From contig CAIKBL010000027.1 of NCBI GenBank assembly GCA_903825645.1, positions 35,036 to 99,035 of the forward strand: DNA of 64,000 bases, written 5' to 3'. Positions 40,727-51,783 of this stretch are shown one piece after another. The stretch is from an uncultured Pseudomonadota bacterium. GTDB taxonomy: Bacteria > Pseudomonadota > Gammaproteobacteria > Ga0077536. Both the position numbers and the translations under genes were made by a program. Every line of letters begins with the position of its first letter. Position 1 is the first letter of the stretch. The notes below the pieces were generated by a model. That model did not search any database. It saw nothing but the letters and a program-made list of their open reading frames with translations, and was not told the DNA's origin.

Positions 40727-43591
40727 CTAATTTTGCATGACGCGCGACCAGACCGCAGAAACGGCCTCACGCAGGGTACTGAAGCAAGCGTGATCAACCA
40801 GACCGTCAATCTCCTGCAGCGCGCAGCGGTGAACCTCGGCACGATAGGCGAAATACGCCTCACGCAGCAGCCGGCTGTCTATGCGCGAGACAAGGCCGAG
40901 GTCGGCGATGAGCTCAAGCAGCCGCAGATTGTCGGTATAGGCGGCCAAGACCGGATGGCGCCAAGCCCAGCGTAGCACGACATATTGCACCACAAATTCG
41001 ATATCGGTAATACCGCCCCTGCCATGTTTTAGGTCGAAGTGGCGGGTATCCGAGCGATCAAGCTCTCCCCGCATCCGCGACTGCATCGCACATATATCTT
41101 TTTTGAGGGTTTTGGACCCTCGGGGACGTCGCAGTATTTCCCGCCGTATGCGCTCGAAGGCTTCGCGGGTCTCGGGGTGGCCGACCACCGCTCGTGCCCG
41201 TACTAGGGCCTGATGTTCCCAGGTCCAGGCCGCCTCCCGTTGATAGTTCCCAAAGGCGTTAATCGAAGTCACCAGCAGACCGGCGGCCCCGCTGGGCCGG
41301 AGCCGCACGTCCAGTTCATAGACCGCGCCCGCGGCGGTACGTGTCGCGAGCAGGTGGATGATCCGCTGCGCGAGCCGCGTAAAAAAAAGATCATTGGAAA
41401 TGGGTTTTGGCCCGCCGGTCTCGTCGGCTTGGAGATCGCTGTCATGGATGAAAACGAGGTCCAAGTCAGAGCCGTAGCCTAGTTCGCGCCCGCCTAACTT
41501 GCCATAAGCGATGATGGCAAACCCGGCGGGCTTTATACGCCCGCCGATGTGGCGGACGGGGCGCCCATGTTTCGCGTTAAGTTCACGCAGGGCAAGGGTG
41601 CAGGCCTGGTCGATGAGGGTTTCGGCTAGACAAGTCAGTTGGTTGCTGACGCGCGCCACGGGGTAACCGGCCATGAGTTCGCTGGCCGCTACCCGCAGCA
41701 CTTGCTGATGCTTGAAGACCCGCAGGACTTCCATCAATTCTTCTAACCCGCCTTCGGCGGCATTGACGAGCGCGTCGTGCAGCGCGGCCTCAAGGCCACT
41801 TCGTGTGGGGGGTGACAGGAGGTTACGGAGGTCTAGCAGTTCATCCAGCAGGATGGGATTCGTGGTCAGTTCACGCGCGATCCACCCGCTCGCCTGACAC
41901 AGGGTAATTAGATGCCGCAGCGCTTGTGGTTGATCGGCCAGCAGCGCGAGGTAAACGGAGCGGCGCGCCACGGATCGGATCAGACCCGCAACCCGGTGCA
42001 GGGTCTCGGCGGCCTCCGCACCGGTAGAGCAGGCGGTCAGTACGGCCGGCATCAAACGATCGAGGCGCGCGCGCGCGGCTGGGCTTAGCCGAGCGAGGAA
42101 CCGCGGCTCCTGGAGTGGCGCCAGCGCGCGTGCGGCCGCCACAAGATGGTTCGGCAGAGCGCCCTCCGCGGCGTCCCCGAACGGGCGGAGGGGAGGCCAC
42201 AGCAGGGCGATTTCGCGCGGGGCCTTGGGCATCGTCGGGGGCGGACCTAATAGCGCGAAGAAACTTTGTTGCACGCAAGCGCGATGAACATCCAGTGCCG
42301 CTTTGAACGTATCCCAGTCAGAAAAACCCATCCCGAAGGCGAGTCGGACGCGCGCTGGCGTCTCAGACGGCAGGGCCTGGGTCTGCTCGTCCTGGACTTG
42401 CTGCAACCGGTGTTCCGTGATTCGGAGAAACCGATAAGCGGACAGGAGTCCGTCGACTTCCGTTGAGGCGAGGAGCCGAAGGTCTGCGCAGGCTTCAAGC
42501 ACGGTCCGAATCTCGCGAGCGCGCAGCCGGGATTCGCGTCCCCCGCGGATCAGCTGGAACGTTTGGCCGATAAATTCGATTTCCCGGATCCCGCCGGAGC
42601 CGCGTTTTACATCCTCTTCAAGGCCATATCGAGCCACTTCCGCTTGAATCAGGACCTTCATGCTGCGCACCGCCTCAAGGGCGCCGAAATCAAGGTAACG
42701 CCGGAACACGAAAGGCCGAATGAGGGTCTCTAACGCCGCCTGATCAGCCATCGTACCGTTGATTAGTCGACCCTTGATGAGCGCGTAACGCTCCCAATCC
42801 CGCCCATGAACTTCGAGGTAGTGTTCGAAAGCGGAGAAGCTGATAGTCAAAGCGCCGCTTTCGCCGAACGGCCGTAGACGCATATCGACCCGGTAGACGA
42901 AGCCGTCTGCCGTCGGGTCGTGGAGCAAACCGATCAGTTGTTTGCCGAGGCGGTCGAAATATTCCTGATGACTGATCGCGCGTCTGGCCCCGGTGGTTTC
43001 GCCTTGAGCCCGAAACAAAAAGATCAGATCAATGTCTGACGAAAAATTGAGTTCTTTCCCGCCAAGCTTGCCCATGGCGAGCACCAATAGCCTGACGGGC
43101 GTTCCCGACGGGTCCCGGGGAACGCCGTAGCGTGTGTCGAATTGGCCCGTTAGCCAATCCAGCGCAGCCCTGATGAGGCTGTCCGCGAGCGCGGAGAGCT
43201 CGCTTAGGACCGCCTCAAGCGTGGCCTGCCCCGCCAGATCGCGGCAAGCGATACGGACTAACTCCTGGTTGCGGACATTCCGCAACACCCGTCGCAAGTC
43301 AGTCTCGTTGGCCGTCTCGGCCACGCGTGGGGCAAGCAAAGCAGCATAGGAAGCGAAATCCCGCGGAGATCCGAAGTCGGGCGTCTGTAACGAGGCGGTA
43401 AAGGCGGCGGGCGCACGTTGAGCGTACGCCGCAATGAAGGGGCTTGCAGTGAACCATTGGGCCACGGCCGCCAAGGGTTGCGGACACGCAAGGCCGAGTG
43501 CCCGGATGGCCGTGTGATAGGCGTTAAGCGCCGTCTCGGTTTGGCGCTGCAGCGGTGCAGGGAGCGCGACGGGATCTGTGTGCGGAAACAT
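40727..43591 (-). CDS. glnE: Bifunctional glutamine synthetase adenylyltransferase / adenylyl-removing enzyme GlnE
   Basis: 954 aa with two tandem nucleotidyltransferase domains (GKLGGKELNFSSDIDLIF and GKLGGRELGYGSDLDLVF). Confidence 0.9.
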   Translation of the reverse strand: MFPHTDPVALPAPLQRQTETALNAYHTAIRALGLACPQPLAAVAQWFTASPFIAAYAQRAPAAFTASLQTPDFGSPRDFASYAALLAPRVAETANETDLRRVLRNVRNQELVRIACRDLAGQATLEAVLSELSALADSLIRAALDWLTGQFDTRYGVPRDPSGTPVRLLVLAMGKLGGKELNFSSDIDLIFLFRAQGETTGARRAISHQEYFDRLGKQLIGLLHDPTADGFVYRVDMRLRPFGESGALTISFSAFEHYLEVHGRDWERYALIKGRLINGTMADQAALETLIRPFVFRRYLDFGALEAVRSMKVLIQAEVARYGLEEDVKRGSGGIREIEFIGQTFQLIRGGRESRLRAREIRTVLEACADLRLLASTEVDGLLSAYRFLRITEHRLQQVQDEQTQALPSETPARVRLAFGMGFSDWDTFKAALDVHRACVQQSFFALLGPPPTMPKAPREIALLWPPLRPFGDAAEGALPNHLVAAARALAPLQEPRFLARLSPAARARLDRLMPAVLTACSTGAEAAETLHRVAGLIRSVARRSVYLALLADQPQALRHLITLCQASGWIARELTTNPILLDELLDLRNLLSPPTRSGLEAALHDALVNAAEGGLEELMEVLRVFKHQQVLRVAASELMAGYPVARVSNQLTCLAETLIDQACTLALRELNAKHGRPVRHIGGRIKPAGFAIIAYGKLGGRELGYGSDLDLVFIHDSDLQADETGGPKPISNDLFFTRLAQRIIHLLATRTAAGAVYELDVRLRPSGAAGLLVTSINAFGNYQREAAWTWEHQALVRARAVVGHPETREAFERIRREILRRPRGSKTLKKDICAMQSRMRGELDRSDTRHFDLKHGRGGITDIEFVVQYVVLRWAWRHPVLAAYTDNLRLLELIADLGLVSRIDSRLLREAYFAYRAEVHRCALQEIDGLVDHACFSTLREAVSAVWSRVMQN

Positions 43592-43666
43592 GGGATCGGG
43601 CTAGCGATCGCCATCGGCATGCCGGGGGGGCTTTGGGTAGACCACGACATTCATGATAATGGGCCC

Positions 43667-44818
43667 ATGGATTTACATCTTACCAGTAAGCTTCCGCATA
43701 TCGGGACCACCATTTTTACCGTGATGTCCGCGTTGGCCGCGGCGCATGACGCGATCAATTTGTCGCAGGGTTTTCCGGATTACGATGGCCCACCCGAACT
43801 CAAGGCGCGCGTAAAGCACTACATAGACAAGGGCTTCAATCAATATCCCCCGATGGCCGGCGTGCTCGGTCTTCGCGAAGCGATCGCGGCCAAGGTGCAG
43901 CGCTGTTACGGCGCTGTGGTCTCCCCGGACACCGAAATCACCGTCACGCCAGGGGCCACAGAAGCCATCTACTGCGCGATCACTGCCATCTGCCGGACCG
44001 GCGATGAGGTGGTCATGTTTGATCCGGCCTATGACAGTTATGAACCCGCTGTGACGCTGTGCGGCGCCCGACCGGTCCGTCTGCCGTTGCAGCCGCCCGA
44101 TTACCGCGTCGACTGGCAACGTGTGGCGGATGCCATCACGCCCCGCACGCGAATGCTGATTATCAATTCGCCCCACAATCCGACGGGCACTATCCTGACG
44201 CGAGACGACATGCTGATCCTCGAGCAGCTTGCCGATCAGCACAATCTGATTGTCTGTGCCGATGAGGTTTACGAACACTTGGTGTTTGATGGGGCGCGCC
44301 ACGAAAGTGTGCTGCGCTATCCTGGGCTCGCTGCGCGGGCCTTTGCCGTCTCCTCTTTTGGCAAGACCTACCACGTGACCGGCTGGAAAACGGGTTATTG
44401 TGTGGCCCCCCCAGCGCTCACCCAGGAGTTGCGGCGGGTACATCAATTTGTGACCTTTGTCGGGATCACGCCCATTCAGTGGGGGTTGGCCGACTTCCTG
44501 CGAGAACACCCGGACCATCTCGACACCCTCCCGGCGTTCTATCAGCGCAAACGCGATGTGTTTAATGCGGCGCTCAAAAGTTCGCGTTTCAAGTTGACGC
44601 CCTCGGCGGGTACTTTTTTCCAATTGGCGGATTACAGTGAAATCAGTGAACTGCCCGATCAGGCGTTCGTGCGCTGGCTGACAGTTGAAAAAGGCGTCGC
44701 CGCCATTCCCTTGTCGGTGTTTTACGAAACCCCACCGGAGGGCCGTTATGTTCGGTTCTGCTTCTGCAAGGAGGAAGAGACCTTGCGCCGGGGTGCGGCG
44801 CGACTCGCCGCCTTGTAG
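43667..44818 (+). CDS. Class I/II PLP aminotransferase (YbdL-like methionine aminotransferase)
   Basis: N-terminus from the internal Met MDLHLTSKLPHIGTTIF, then INLSQGFPDYDGPP, NSPHNPTG and the PLP-lysine motif SFGKTY. Confidence 0.75.
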   Translation: MDLHLTSKLPHIGTTIFTVMSALAAAHDAINLSQGFPDYDGPPELKARVKHYIDKGFNQYPPMAGVLGLREAIAAKVQRCYGAVVSPDTEITVTPGATEAIYCAITAICRTGDEVVMFDPAYDSYEPAVTLCGARPVRLPLQPPDYRVDWQRVADAITPRTRMLIINSPHNPTGTILTRDDMLILEQLADQHNLIVCADEVYEHLVFDGARHESVLRYPGLAARAFAVSSFGKTYHVTGWKTGYCVAPPALTQELRRVHQFVTFVGITPIQWGLADFLREHPDHLDTLPAFYQRKRDVFNAALKSSRFKLTPSAGTFFQLADYSEISELPDQAFVRWLTVEKGVAAIPLSVFYETPPEGRYVRFCFCKEEETLRRGAARLAAL

Positions 44819-45047
44819 ATGGGCATCCGCTATCGGTCATTCGCGACCCCGCATACAATGGCAGGTTACGGTCCAGGAGGCTTGCTACGCACAGATGAGT
44901 GCTTGTTTCGCGACCGAGGTGCTGGTTCTGGCCAACAGGCCCCGACGGGCCTCCCTGTAGCCAGAGGCCGCTGTACTTGCTCGCTATCCCGATGAACTTC
45001 CGGTATCAATCGCGGTCCCGGTAACCAACGGAACTCCCATAACGATC

Positions 45048-46868
45048 ATGGCTGTTACACGTTACTGCCAAATTTTCCTCGTCTGCAGCACCGCCTTAGC
45101 GGCGCCTGCCTACGGCGCGGGCCTGCTCGACAGTTTGGACAGCCTCCACGCGGGGCACCGGGGATCGGCGCAACCGTTCCTGCCTGCCGACGACGCTTTT
45201 CGGCTTGAGTCAGAGCTGCAGGGCGCGGTGCTTAAGCTGCATTTCGATATCGCACCCGGCTATTATCTCTATCGCGCCCGCGTAAAAGTGGAAGCGCTCA
45301 CTCCTGCGATTACGCTCGGCGATTCAGAGTTTCCTGCCGCTGAATTCAAAGACGATGCCGAATTTGGGCGGGTGGAAATTTATCATAACAAGCTGGATGT
45401 CGGCACGCCGATCCGGGTAACCACGGCTGCCGACGGATCGCCCAGTGTGCGGGTGACTTATCAGGGTTGTGCCGAGGGGGGGATCTGTTATCCACCGATC
45501 AAAAAAGAAATTGCGCTCGCCGAGACGACTCCAGCGATCGAATCGGCATCCCCTCACGGATCGGCGCTAGGACTGACCGACCGTCTGGCTGCCAATCTTG
45601 ACCAGGCGTCCTTGGGGGCGATGGTGTGGTGGTTTTTTGTCGCAGGACTCGCCCTGGCGCTGACCCCTTGTGTGTTTCCCATGGTGCCCATTCTCTCCGG
45701 CATTATCGTGGGCCAGCGCCATGCCACCAGCTCCCCACGCGGTCTGTTTCTGGCCACGGTCTACGTGCTCGCGATGGCGGCAACCTATGCGGCGGTTGGC
45801 GTCGCGGCAGGGATCTTCGGTCGCAATCTGCAGGGTGCTTTTCAGCGTCCTGCCGTGATCTGGGGATTCAGCTTGATGTTTATCGCACTCGCCCTGTCCA
45901 TGTTCGGTTTTTATCAGCTACAGCTCCCGGCTTTTCTGCAGACCCGTCTAGAGGCCACCAGCCGTCGCCAAAGCGGCGGACAACTGGTGGGGGTGGGTGT
46001 GATGGGCATGTTGTCGGCCGTGATCGTCGGCCCGTGCGTGGCGCCCCCGTTGGCGGCTGCCCTGCTGTACCTCAGTCGGCAGGGAAGTCCCGTGACGGGT
46101 GGGGTGGCCTTGTTTGCGCTCGGACTGGGGATGGGAGCGCCGTTGTTGGTTTTGGGGGCTTCGGCGGGCCGTTGGTTACCGCGCAATGGTGCCTGGATGG
46201 AAGCGGTCAAACACGCCTTTGGGGTGGTTTTTCTCGGACTGGCTATCTGGTTTCTGGCACGTGTCATCCCACCGACGGTGACGCTCGTTTTGTGGTCCGT
46301 CTTGTTCATGGGCGCTTCCATTTATCTGGGTGCGCTTGAGCCGCTACCCGACACCGCGACGGGATGGCAACGGCTCTGGAAGGGACTGGGGCTCGTGATG
46401 CTTTGTTACGGCACCGTGCTCCTCGTCGGCGCGGCGGCCGGCGCGGACGATCCGCTTCAACCCTTGTCACCTCTTGCGCGGGGTGCGCAGGCGTCCACCC
46501 GGGCACCCTTTGTGCCGGTCAAGGGCATCGCGGGTCTCGATCGCGCGCTCGCCGCGGCGCGGGCCGAGGGCAAGCCGGTTCTCGTTGATTTCTACGCGGA
46601 CTGGTGCATCGAATGTAAACGGCTGGAGCGAAATACTTTCGGAGATCCTGCGGTGCAGCAACAACTTGCCGGTTTCGTGCTTCTCCGCGCCGATGTGACC
46701 GCGTCAGATGGGGCGGACGATACCCTGCTTAAGCGATTTGAACTCCAGGGGCCCCCGGCCGTCATCATGTTCAATGCCCGCGGTGAAGAGCGCCGTGAAC
46801 GCCGGTTAATCGGTTACCTAGCGCCCAAATCCTTTACCCAGATGTTGGCAGATCTCGAGGGCCCTTGA
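45048..46868 (+). CDS. dsbD: Thiol:disulfide interchange protein DsbD
   Basis: 606 aa with a signal peptide and periplasmic alpha domain, a transmembrane beta domain with conserved Cys, and a C-terminal thioredoxin domain YADWCIECK. Confidence 0.9.
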   Translation: MAVTRYCQIFLVCSTALAAPAYGAGLLDSLDSLHAGHRGSAQPFLPADDAFRLESELQGAVLKLHFDIAPGYYLYRARVKVEALTPAITLGDSEFPAAEFKDDAEFGRVEIYHNKLDVGTPIRVTTAADGSPSVRVTYQGCAEGGICYPPIKKEIALAETTPAIESASPHGSALGLTDRLAANLDQASLGAMVWWFFVAGLALALTPCVFPMVPILSGIIVGQRHATSSPRGLFLATVYVLAMAATYAAVGVAAGIFGRNLQGAFQRPAVIWGFSLMFIALALSMFGFYQLQLPAFLQTRLEATSRRQSGGQLVGVGVMGMLSAVIVGPCVAPPLAAALLYLSRQGSPVTGGVALFALGLGMGAPLLVLGASAGRWLPRNGAWMEAVKHAFGVVFLGLAIWFLARVIPPTVTLVLWSVLFMGASIYLGALEPLPDTATGWQRLWKGLGLVMLCYGTVLLVGAAAGADDPLQPLSPLARGAQASTRAPFVPVKGIAGLDRALAAARAEGKPVLVDFYADWCIECKRLERNTFGDPAVQQQLAGFVLLRADVTASDGADDTLLKRFELQGPPAVIMFNARGEERRERRLIGYLAPKSFTQMLADLEGP

Positions 46869-46871
46869 GCC

Positions 46872-47459
46872 ATGAAGCATTGGAAAGTGGTCGTCTTGGT
46901 GCTCATCGTCGGCGGGGCCGCGGCGTTCGCGGGTTTTCGCCTGAGTCGTGATACCCGTCCGGCGCCGAGGGCCGTGGCCGGCTCGACGTTGCCCGTCTCA
47001 GGCGAGGCAAGCCCGGAGATCCGTATCAAGGATTTGGAAGGCCGTGAGCACTCACTTACGGAATGGAGAGGGAAAATTCTGGTGGTTAATTTCTGGGCCA
47101 CCTGGTGTCCTCCTTGTGTGATCGAGATCCCCGGGTTTGTACAGCTTCAATCGGAACTCCAGAGCCAGGGTCTTCAGTTCGTGGGTATCGCGCTCGACGA
47201 TTCCGCCGCGGCCGGCCAATTTGCCCACGCCCGAGGGATCAACTACCCGATCCTCGCCGGCAGTGACAATGTCATGCATCTCATGGAGGGGCTTGGCAAC
47301 GGCATCGGGGCGTTACCCTTCACGGTCGTGTTCGACCGCGAAGGGCATCCGGTCCATACGCAGCAAGGCGAATGGGCGGTGCGCGACGTGCGGCGTACCC
47401 TTGCTCCTCTGTTGGATCCCGGGGCGCGCAGCAGCCTGCCCGCTGAAATCCGTAGATAA
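46872..47459 (+). CDS. TlpA/ResA-family periplasmic thioredoxin-like protein
   Basis: N-terminal transmembrane anchor and the thioredoxin motif WATWCPPC. Confidence 0.75.
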   Translation: MKHWKVVVLVLIVGGAAAFAGFRLSRDTRPAPRAVAGSTLPVSGEASPEIRIKDLEGREHSLTEWRGKILVVNFWATWCPPCVIEIPGFVQLQSELQSQGLQFVGIALDDSAAAGQFAHARGINYPILAGSDNVMHLMEGLGNGIGALPFTVVFDREGHPVHTQQGEWAVRDVRRTLAPLLDPGARSSLPAEIRR

Positions 47460-47582
47460 CCGCGGTCACGCCCACCAAGATCTGCAAACGGGGCTTAACG
47501 TTCGCGATCTCGCTCGCATCAGGTTTCCCGCTGTGCTAATTTGCGCGACCCATTTCAGGGTCACCGGCCAGGGGAGATCTGC

Positions 47583-48032
47583 TTGGCAACGATACTGTTA
47601 CTCAACGGGCCGAATCTGAATTTGCTCGGCATGCGCGAGCCGCAGACCTATGGGCGCGTGACGCTAGCAGAAATCGAACAGGCCGCCACGGCGCAGGCGA
47701 CGCGGCTTGGGCATGCGTTAGTGTGTTTCCAGAGTAATGCGGAGCACGCGCTTATCGAGCGCGTGCATGCCGCCAAAAATGAACAAGTGGCGTTTATTGT
47801 GATCAATCCGGCCGCATATACGCATACCAGTGTCGCGCTTCGTGACGCATTGCTCGGGGTCGCCATTCCCTTTGTCGAAGTCCATCTGTCGAATGTCTTC
47901 GCCCGGGAGGCGTTTCGGCATCACTCGTACTTTTCGGACTGCGCGATCGGGGTGATCAGCGGCCTGGGCGCGCAGGGCTATGACTTCGCGATCAGCGCAG
48001 CAGACCGCTGGCTTGCCGCCGCGCGGCCTTGA
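47583..48032 (+). CDS. aroQ: 3-dehydroquinate dehydratase, type II
   Basis: [20 protein letters not shown] at the internal TTG with a GGGGAG RBS. The ORF-track upstream TTG has no RBS. Confidence 0.85.
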   Translation: MATILLLNGPNLNLLGMREPQTYGRVTLAEIEQAATAQATRLGHALVCFQSNAEHALIERVHAAKNEQVAFIVINPAAYTHTSVALRDALLGVAIPFVEVHLSNVFAREAFRHHSYFSDCAIGVISGLGAQGYDFAISAADRWLAAARP

Positions 48033-48068
48033 ACCGGCTAACATCGCTTCCTTAATCGAGAGAGCCTT

Positions 48069-48494
48069 ATGGACTTACGGAAAGTCAAAAAACTAATTGA
48101 ATTGCTCGAGGAATCTGGAATCGCGGAGATCGAAATTAAGGAGGGTGAAGAATCCGTACGGATCACCCGCATGGTTCCAGCCGGATCGGTGCCGCAGTCG
48201 CCGCAGGTTTCGGCCCCGGTCGCCATGGCCCAACCGATCCCGCTGCCCCCCAAACCAGAAGGTCACGTGATCACGTCGCCCATGGTCGGTACTTTTTACG
48301 GCTCTCCCGCGCCCGATGTGGCCCCGTTTGTGAAGGTGGGGCAGGTCGTCAAGGTCGGGGAGCCGCTTTGCATTATCGAGGCCATGAAAATCATGAACCC
48401 AATTGAAGCCGATCGAGCTGGTACGGTGGTGTCGATCATGGCCGAGAACGGTCAGCCGGTTGAGTTTGAGCAACCTCTGTTCATCATTTCCTGA
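48069..48494 (+). CDS. accB: Biotin carboxyl carrier protein AccB
   Basis: Biotinylation motif EAMKIMN and a Pro/Ala-rich linker. Confidence 0.9.
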   Translation: MDLRKVKKLIELLEESGIAEIEIKEGEESVRITRMVPAGSVPQSPQVSAPVAMAQPIPLPPKPEGHVITSPMVGTFYGSPAPDVAPFVKVGQVVKVGEPLCIIEAMKIMNPIEADRAGTVVSIMAENGQPVEFEQPLFIIS

Positions 48495-48507
48495 TAGCGG
48501 CGGACCC

Positions 48508-49851
48508 ATGTTCGATAAAGTCGTCATCGCCAATCGCGGCGAAATCGCGCTGCGGATCCTGCGCGCCTGCCGTGAGCTCGGTATCAAGACCGTCGCCGTA
48601 CACTCTACGGTCGACCGTGACCTCAAGCATGTCCGTCTTGCGGATGAGTCCGTGTGCATCGGGCCGCCGCAGCCGGCCCTCTCATACCTGAATATTCCAG
48701 CCGTCATCAGCGCCGCGGAAGTCACGGATGCGGTAGCGATCCATCCGGGTTACGGATTCCTTTCCGAGAACGCCGATTTCGCTGAGCGTGTTGAGCAGAG
48801 CGGCTTTGTGTTCATCGGGCCGCGCTCAGAAACCATTCGTTTGATGGGAGACAAAATCTCAGCGATTCGATCCATGTCTGCGGCGGGGATCCCCTGTGTG
48901 CCTGGATCGGGCAAGCCGCTGACGGACGATATGGGCGAAAACGTTCGAATCGCGCGGGAGATCGGTTATCCGATCATCATCAAAGCGGCGGGGGGCGGGG
49001 GCGGTCGCGGCATGCGTGTGGTCCATGTCGAAGCAGCGCTTAAAAATGCCATCCAGCTGACCAAGAGCGAGGCGCTGGCGGCGTTTCAAAACGATACCGT
49101 TTACATGGAAAAATTTCTGGAGCACCCGCGACATATCGAATTTCAGGTATTGGCTGATCATCATGGCAACTGTGTCCATCTTGGTGAGCGGGATTGCTCC
49201 ATGCAGCGTCGGCACCAGAAGATCATCGAGGAATCGCCTGCACCCGGGATTGACGCTGAGACTCGTGCACGCATGGGGAAGCGCTGCGTTGATGCCTGTT
49301 TGGCGATCGGTTACCGGGGAGCCGGGACCTTTGAATTCCTCTATGAGAACGGCGAATTCTATTTCATCGAAATGAATACCCGCTTGCAGGTGGAACACCC
49401 GGTGACCGAGATGGTGACGGGTGTCGACATCGTTAAAGAACAACTCGCCGTGGCGGCGGGCGCTAAGCTCTCCGTGACGCAAGCAGAGGTGGTGCTGCGA
49501 GGCCATGCGGTGGAATGTCGCATCAATGCAGAGGATCCGAAAACGTTTCGGCCGTCACCGGGCCGTGTCAAAACATTCCATACGCCAGGCGGACCGGGCG
49601 TACGTATTGATTCGCACTTGTATGACGGGTACCTCGTGCCTTCTCATTACGACTCGCTCGTGGCCAAGCTCATCACGCACGCACCGGAACGTACGACCGC
49701 GCTGATCCGGATGGCGAACGCGCTCAATGAAATGGTCGTCGACGGTATCGACACCAATATTCCGCTGCACCGCGATCTGGTGCAGGACGCGGCCTTTTTG
49801 GCGGGCGGCACAGACATCCATTATCTCGAACGCAAACTCAAGCTGGACTGA
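48508..49851 (+). CDS. accC: Biotin carboxylase AccC
   Basis: N-terminus [17 protein letters not shown] and the ATP-grasp domain. The ORF-track upstream extension overlaps accB and is rejected. Confidence 0.95.
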   Translation: MFDKVVIANRGEIALRILRACRELGIKTVAVHSTVDRDLKHVRLADESVCIGPPQPALSYLNIPAVISAAEVTDAVAIHPGYGFLSENADFAERVEQSGFVFIGPRSETIRLMGDKISAIRSMSAAGIPCVPGSGKPLTDDMGENVRIAREIGYPIIIKAAGGGGGRGMRVVHVEAALKNAIQLTKSEALAAFQNDTVYMEKFLEHPRHIEFQVLADHHGNCVHLGERDCSMQRRHQKIIEESPAPGIDAETRARMGKRCVDACLAIGYRGAGTFEFLYENGEFYFIEMNTRLQVEHPVTEMVTGVDIVKEQLAVAAGAKLSVTQAEVVLRGHAVECRINAEDPKTFRPSPGRVKTFHTPGGPGVRIDSHLYDGYLVPSHYDSLVAKLITHAPERTTALIRMANALNEMVVDGIDTNIPLHRDLVQDAAFLAGGTDIHYLERKLKLD

Positions 49852-49904
49852 GCCTTCAGTGCGCTAGCAGGCATGCTGTCCTATCAGACAAAAGGCAGGC
49901 GTCG

Positions 49905-50786
49905 GTGACGGACCCCGTATGGCGGACCTTGCGTTTGCCGGCACGCGACACCGAGGTCGCGGCGCTCGAAACCGTGCTCGAAGCGCTTGGCGCGCTCGCG
50001 ATTACCATCGAAGCAGAAGATGACAGGCCACTTTTCGATACGCTTGATGGGTCAGAGCCGACGCTCTGGCGCAATTGCTGCGTAGAAGCCCTTTTTCTGG
50101 CGGAGCAAGATATGGAAATGCTCTTGGGCCGGCTTGCTGGCGCGGGTTATTCCACGCTGGGCGCACGGCATACGTTGTTGGCCGATCAGGACTGGCAAGG
50201 TGCGTTCCGTGCGCACTTCAAACCCATGCGCTTTGACCGCTTGTGGGTGGTGCCGAGCTGGCACCCTATACCGCCTGAAGCTGAGCTCTCGATTACCCTT
50301 GATCCCGGCATGGCGTTTGGCACGGGTACGCACCCAACCACAGCGTTATGCTTGGAATGGCTCGCCAAATCTACGCGGGTGCTCGGCTGCAAGGTTTTGG
50401 ATTACGGCTGTGGTTCCGGCATCCTGGCCATTGCGGCAAGCCGACTAGGTGCGCAAGAAGTCGTGGCGATTGACCTTGATCCGCAAGCCTGTGAAGTGAC
50501 CTGCGAGAACGCAATCCGTAATGCGTGCCCACCTTTTATGGTGGGGTTGCCGGACGCGTTGCGCGCAGGCCAATTCGATATCGTGGTGTCCAATCTCCTG
50601 CTGCAGCCCTTGTTGTCGCTGGTAGAGACGTTTGCCGCCCGGCTACCGTCCGGCGGACAGATCCTCTTGTCCGGACTGATGACGGATCAGGTTACGCGCG
50701 TGTTGACGGCCTATGCGCCCTTTTTCGAGATGGCGCCGCCAAGCCTCCGCGACGACTGGGCGCTCTTATCTGGGATTCGTCGTTGA
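49905..50786 (+). CDS. prmA: Ribosomal protein L11 methyltransferase PrmA
   Basis: Motifs LDPGMAFGTGTHPTT and VLDYGCGSGILAIAA. Confidence 0.85.
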   Translation: MTDPVWRTLRLPARDTEVAALETVLEALGALAITIEAEDDRPLFDTLDGSEPTLWRNCCVEALFLAEQDMEMLLGRLAGAGYSTLGARHTLLADQDWQGAFRAHFKPMRFDRLWVVPSWHPIPPEAELSITLDPGMAFGTGTHPTTALCLEWLAKSTRVLGCKVLDYGCGSGILAIAASRLGAQEVVAIDLDPQACEVTCENAIRNACPPFMVGLPDALRAGQFDIVVSNLLLQPLLSLVETFAARLPSGGQILLSGLMTDQVTRVLTAYAPFFEMAPPSLRDDWALLSGIRR

Positions 50787-50844
50787 GCTTCGCGGGCCGC
50801 GCTGCGAAGTGCCGTCGCTCGCAGGATAGACGGCGGGGCTATCG

Positions 50845-51549
50845 ATGCTAACGCGGTGTGCCCATTGTGCGGCGATTTTTCGAGTTAATGCCGCGCAACT
50901 GAGCGCCGCGGAGGGTTTCGTGACCTGCGGCGAATGCGCCGGGGTCTTTGACGCGCTCGACAGTCTCGCAGACGACGCTGTCAACGGGATCTTTGGCGCG
51001 GCTCGCGCAGCAACCCAACACGAGGTGCCTGAAGTCCTGCGCCATGACCTCGACCGGCTTCTACATCCGCCGGGCGCGGCGCGATCACCCGGGTGGCGAG
51101 CCCTGTTTCTGTGTGCCTTGACGCTTTTGGGCATGCAGGTGGGGTGGGAGTTTCGAGCCTGGTGGAGTCCACGTTTCCCGTCGCTGATACCGGTGGCGAT
51201 AGCAGTATGTGCAAAGTTGGGGTGCGACTGGTTGCCTGCACATCAAGTTGCTGGAATTGAACTGGTGGCACGCGATGTCCGCGAACACCCGCACTATGCA
51301 CATGCCCTGCTCGTCAATGCGACGTTCGCGAATCGAAATGCGCACGCGCGGGCTTATCCGATTATTCAGCTCGGCATGTACGACCACAACGGCACCGCGG
51401 TCGGCGTGCGGCGTTTTACGCCGGCCGAATATCTCGACATAAGTATTGACATCTCGAGCGGAATTCCGGCGGGCCGCACAGTGTATGTAACACTTGAAAT
51501 AGCCGACGCAAGTGACGCTGCCGAGAGCTTTGAATTCACTTTTTTGTAG
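50845..51549 (+). CDS. Zinc-ribbon / DUF3426 domain protein
   Basis: N-terminal CxxC...CxxC zinc ribbon MLTRCAHCAAIFRV...CGECAGVF, a transmembrane segment, and a C-terminal DUF3426-like region. The prmA / this gene / dusB / fis neighbourhood is conserved. Confidence 0.6.
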   Translation: MLTRCAHCAAIFRVNAAQLSAAEGFVTCGECAGVFDALDSLADDAVNGIFGAARAATQHEVPEVLRHDLDRLLHPPGAARSPGWRALFLCALTLLGMQVGWEFRAWWSPRFPSLIPVAIAVCAKLGCDWLPAHQVAGIELVARDVREHPHYAHALLVNATFANRNAHARAYPIIQLGMYDHNGTAVGVRRFTPAEYLDISIDISSGIPAGRTVYVTLEIADASDAAESFEFTFL

Positions 51550-51578
51550 TAATACCGACCCGTAAAAAATTCTTGCAC

Positions 51579-51594
51579 GGGACGCTTTCGTCCC
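51579..51594. terminator. Short GC hairpin GGGACG-cttt-CGTCCC downstream of the DUF3426 gene
   Basis: 6-bp stem with a tetraloop followed by a weak T-rich stretch, so it is a weak terminator candidate. Confidence 0.3.
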
Positions 51595-51783
51595 CAGAAT
51601 TTTCTCGATATGATTCTTCGCACAGTTCCAACTTGCCTTTCTTCGATCGGGTGAGTTGAGACGCCACCTGCCGCGCCCACGGTCGGTGATTCCTGATCGA
51701 AGGATTCAGCATCTGAAATCTGCGCACGTCAGTGACGCTTCTGCGGCTCTTTCGCGACGCTATGTAAAACGAAAAAATATAAG

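Noticed and set aside
43673-44623. 316-aa minus-strand ORF
   Set aside because: It is antisense to the well-supported YbdL-like aminotransferase and has a low-complexity, Arg/Gly-rich translation.
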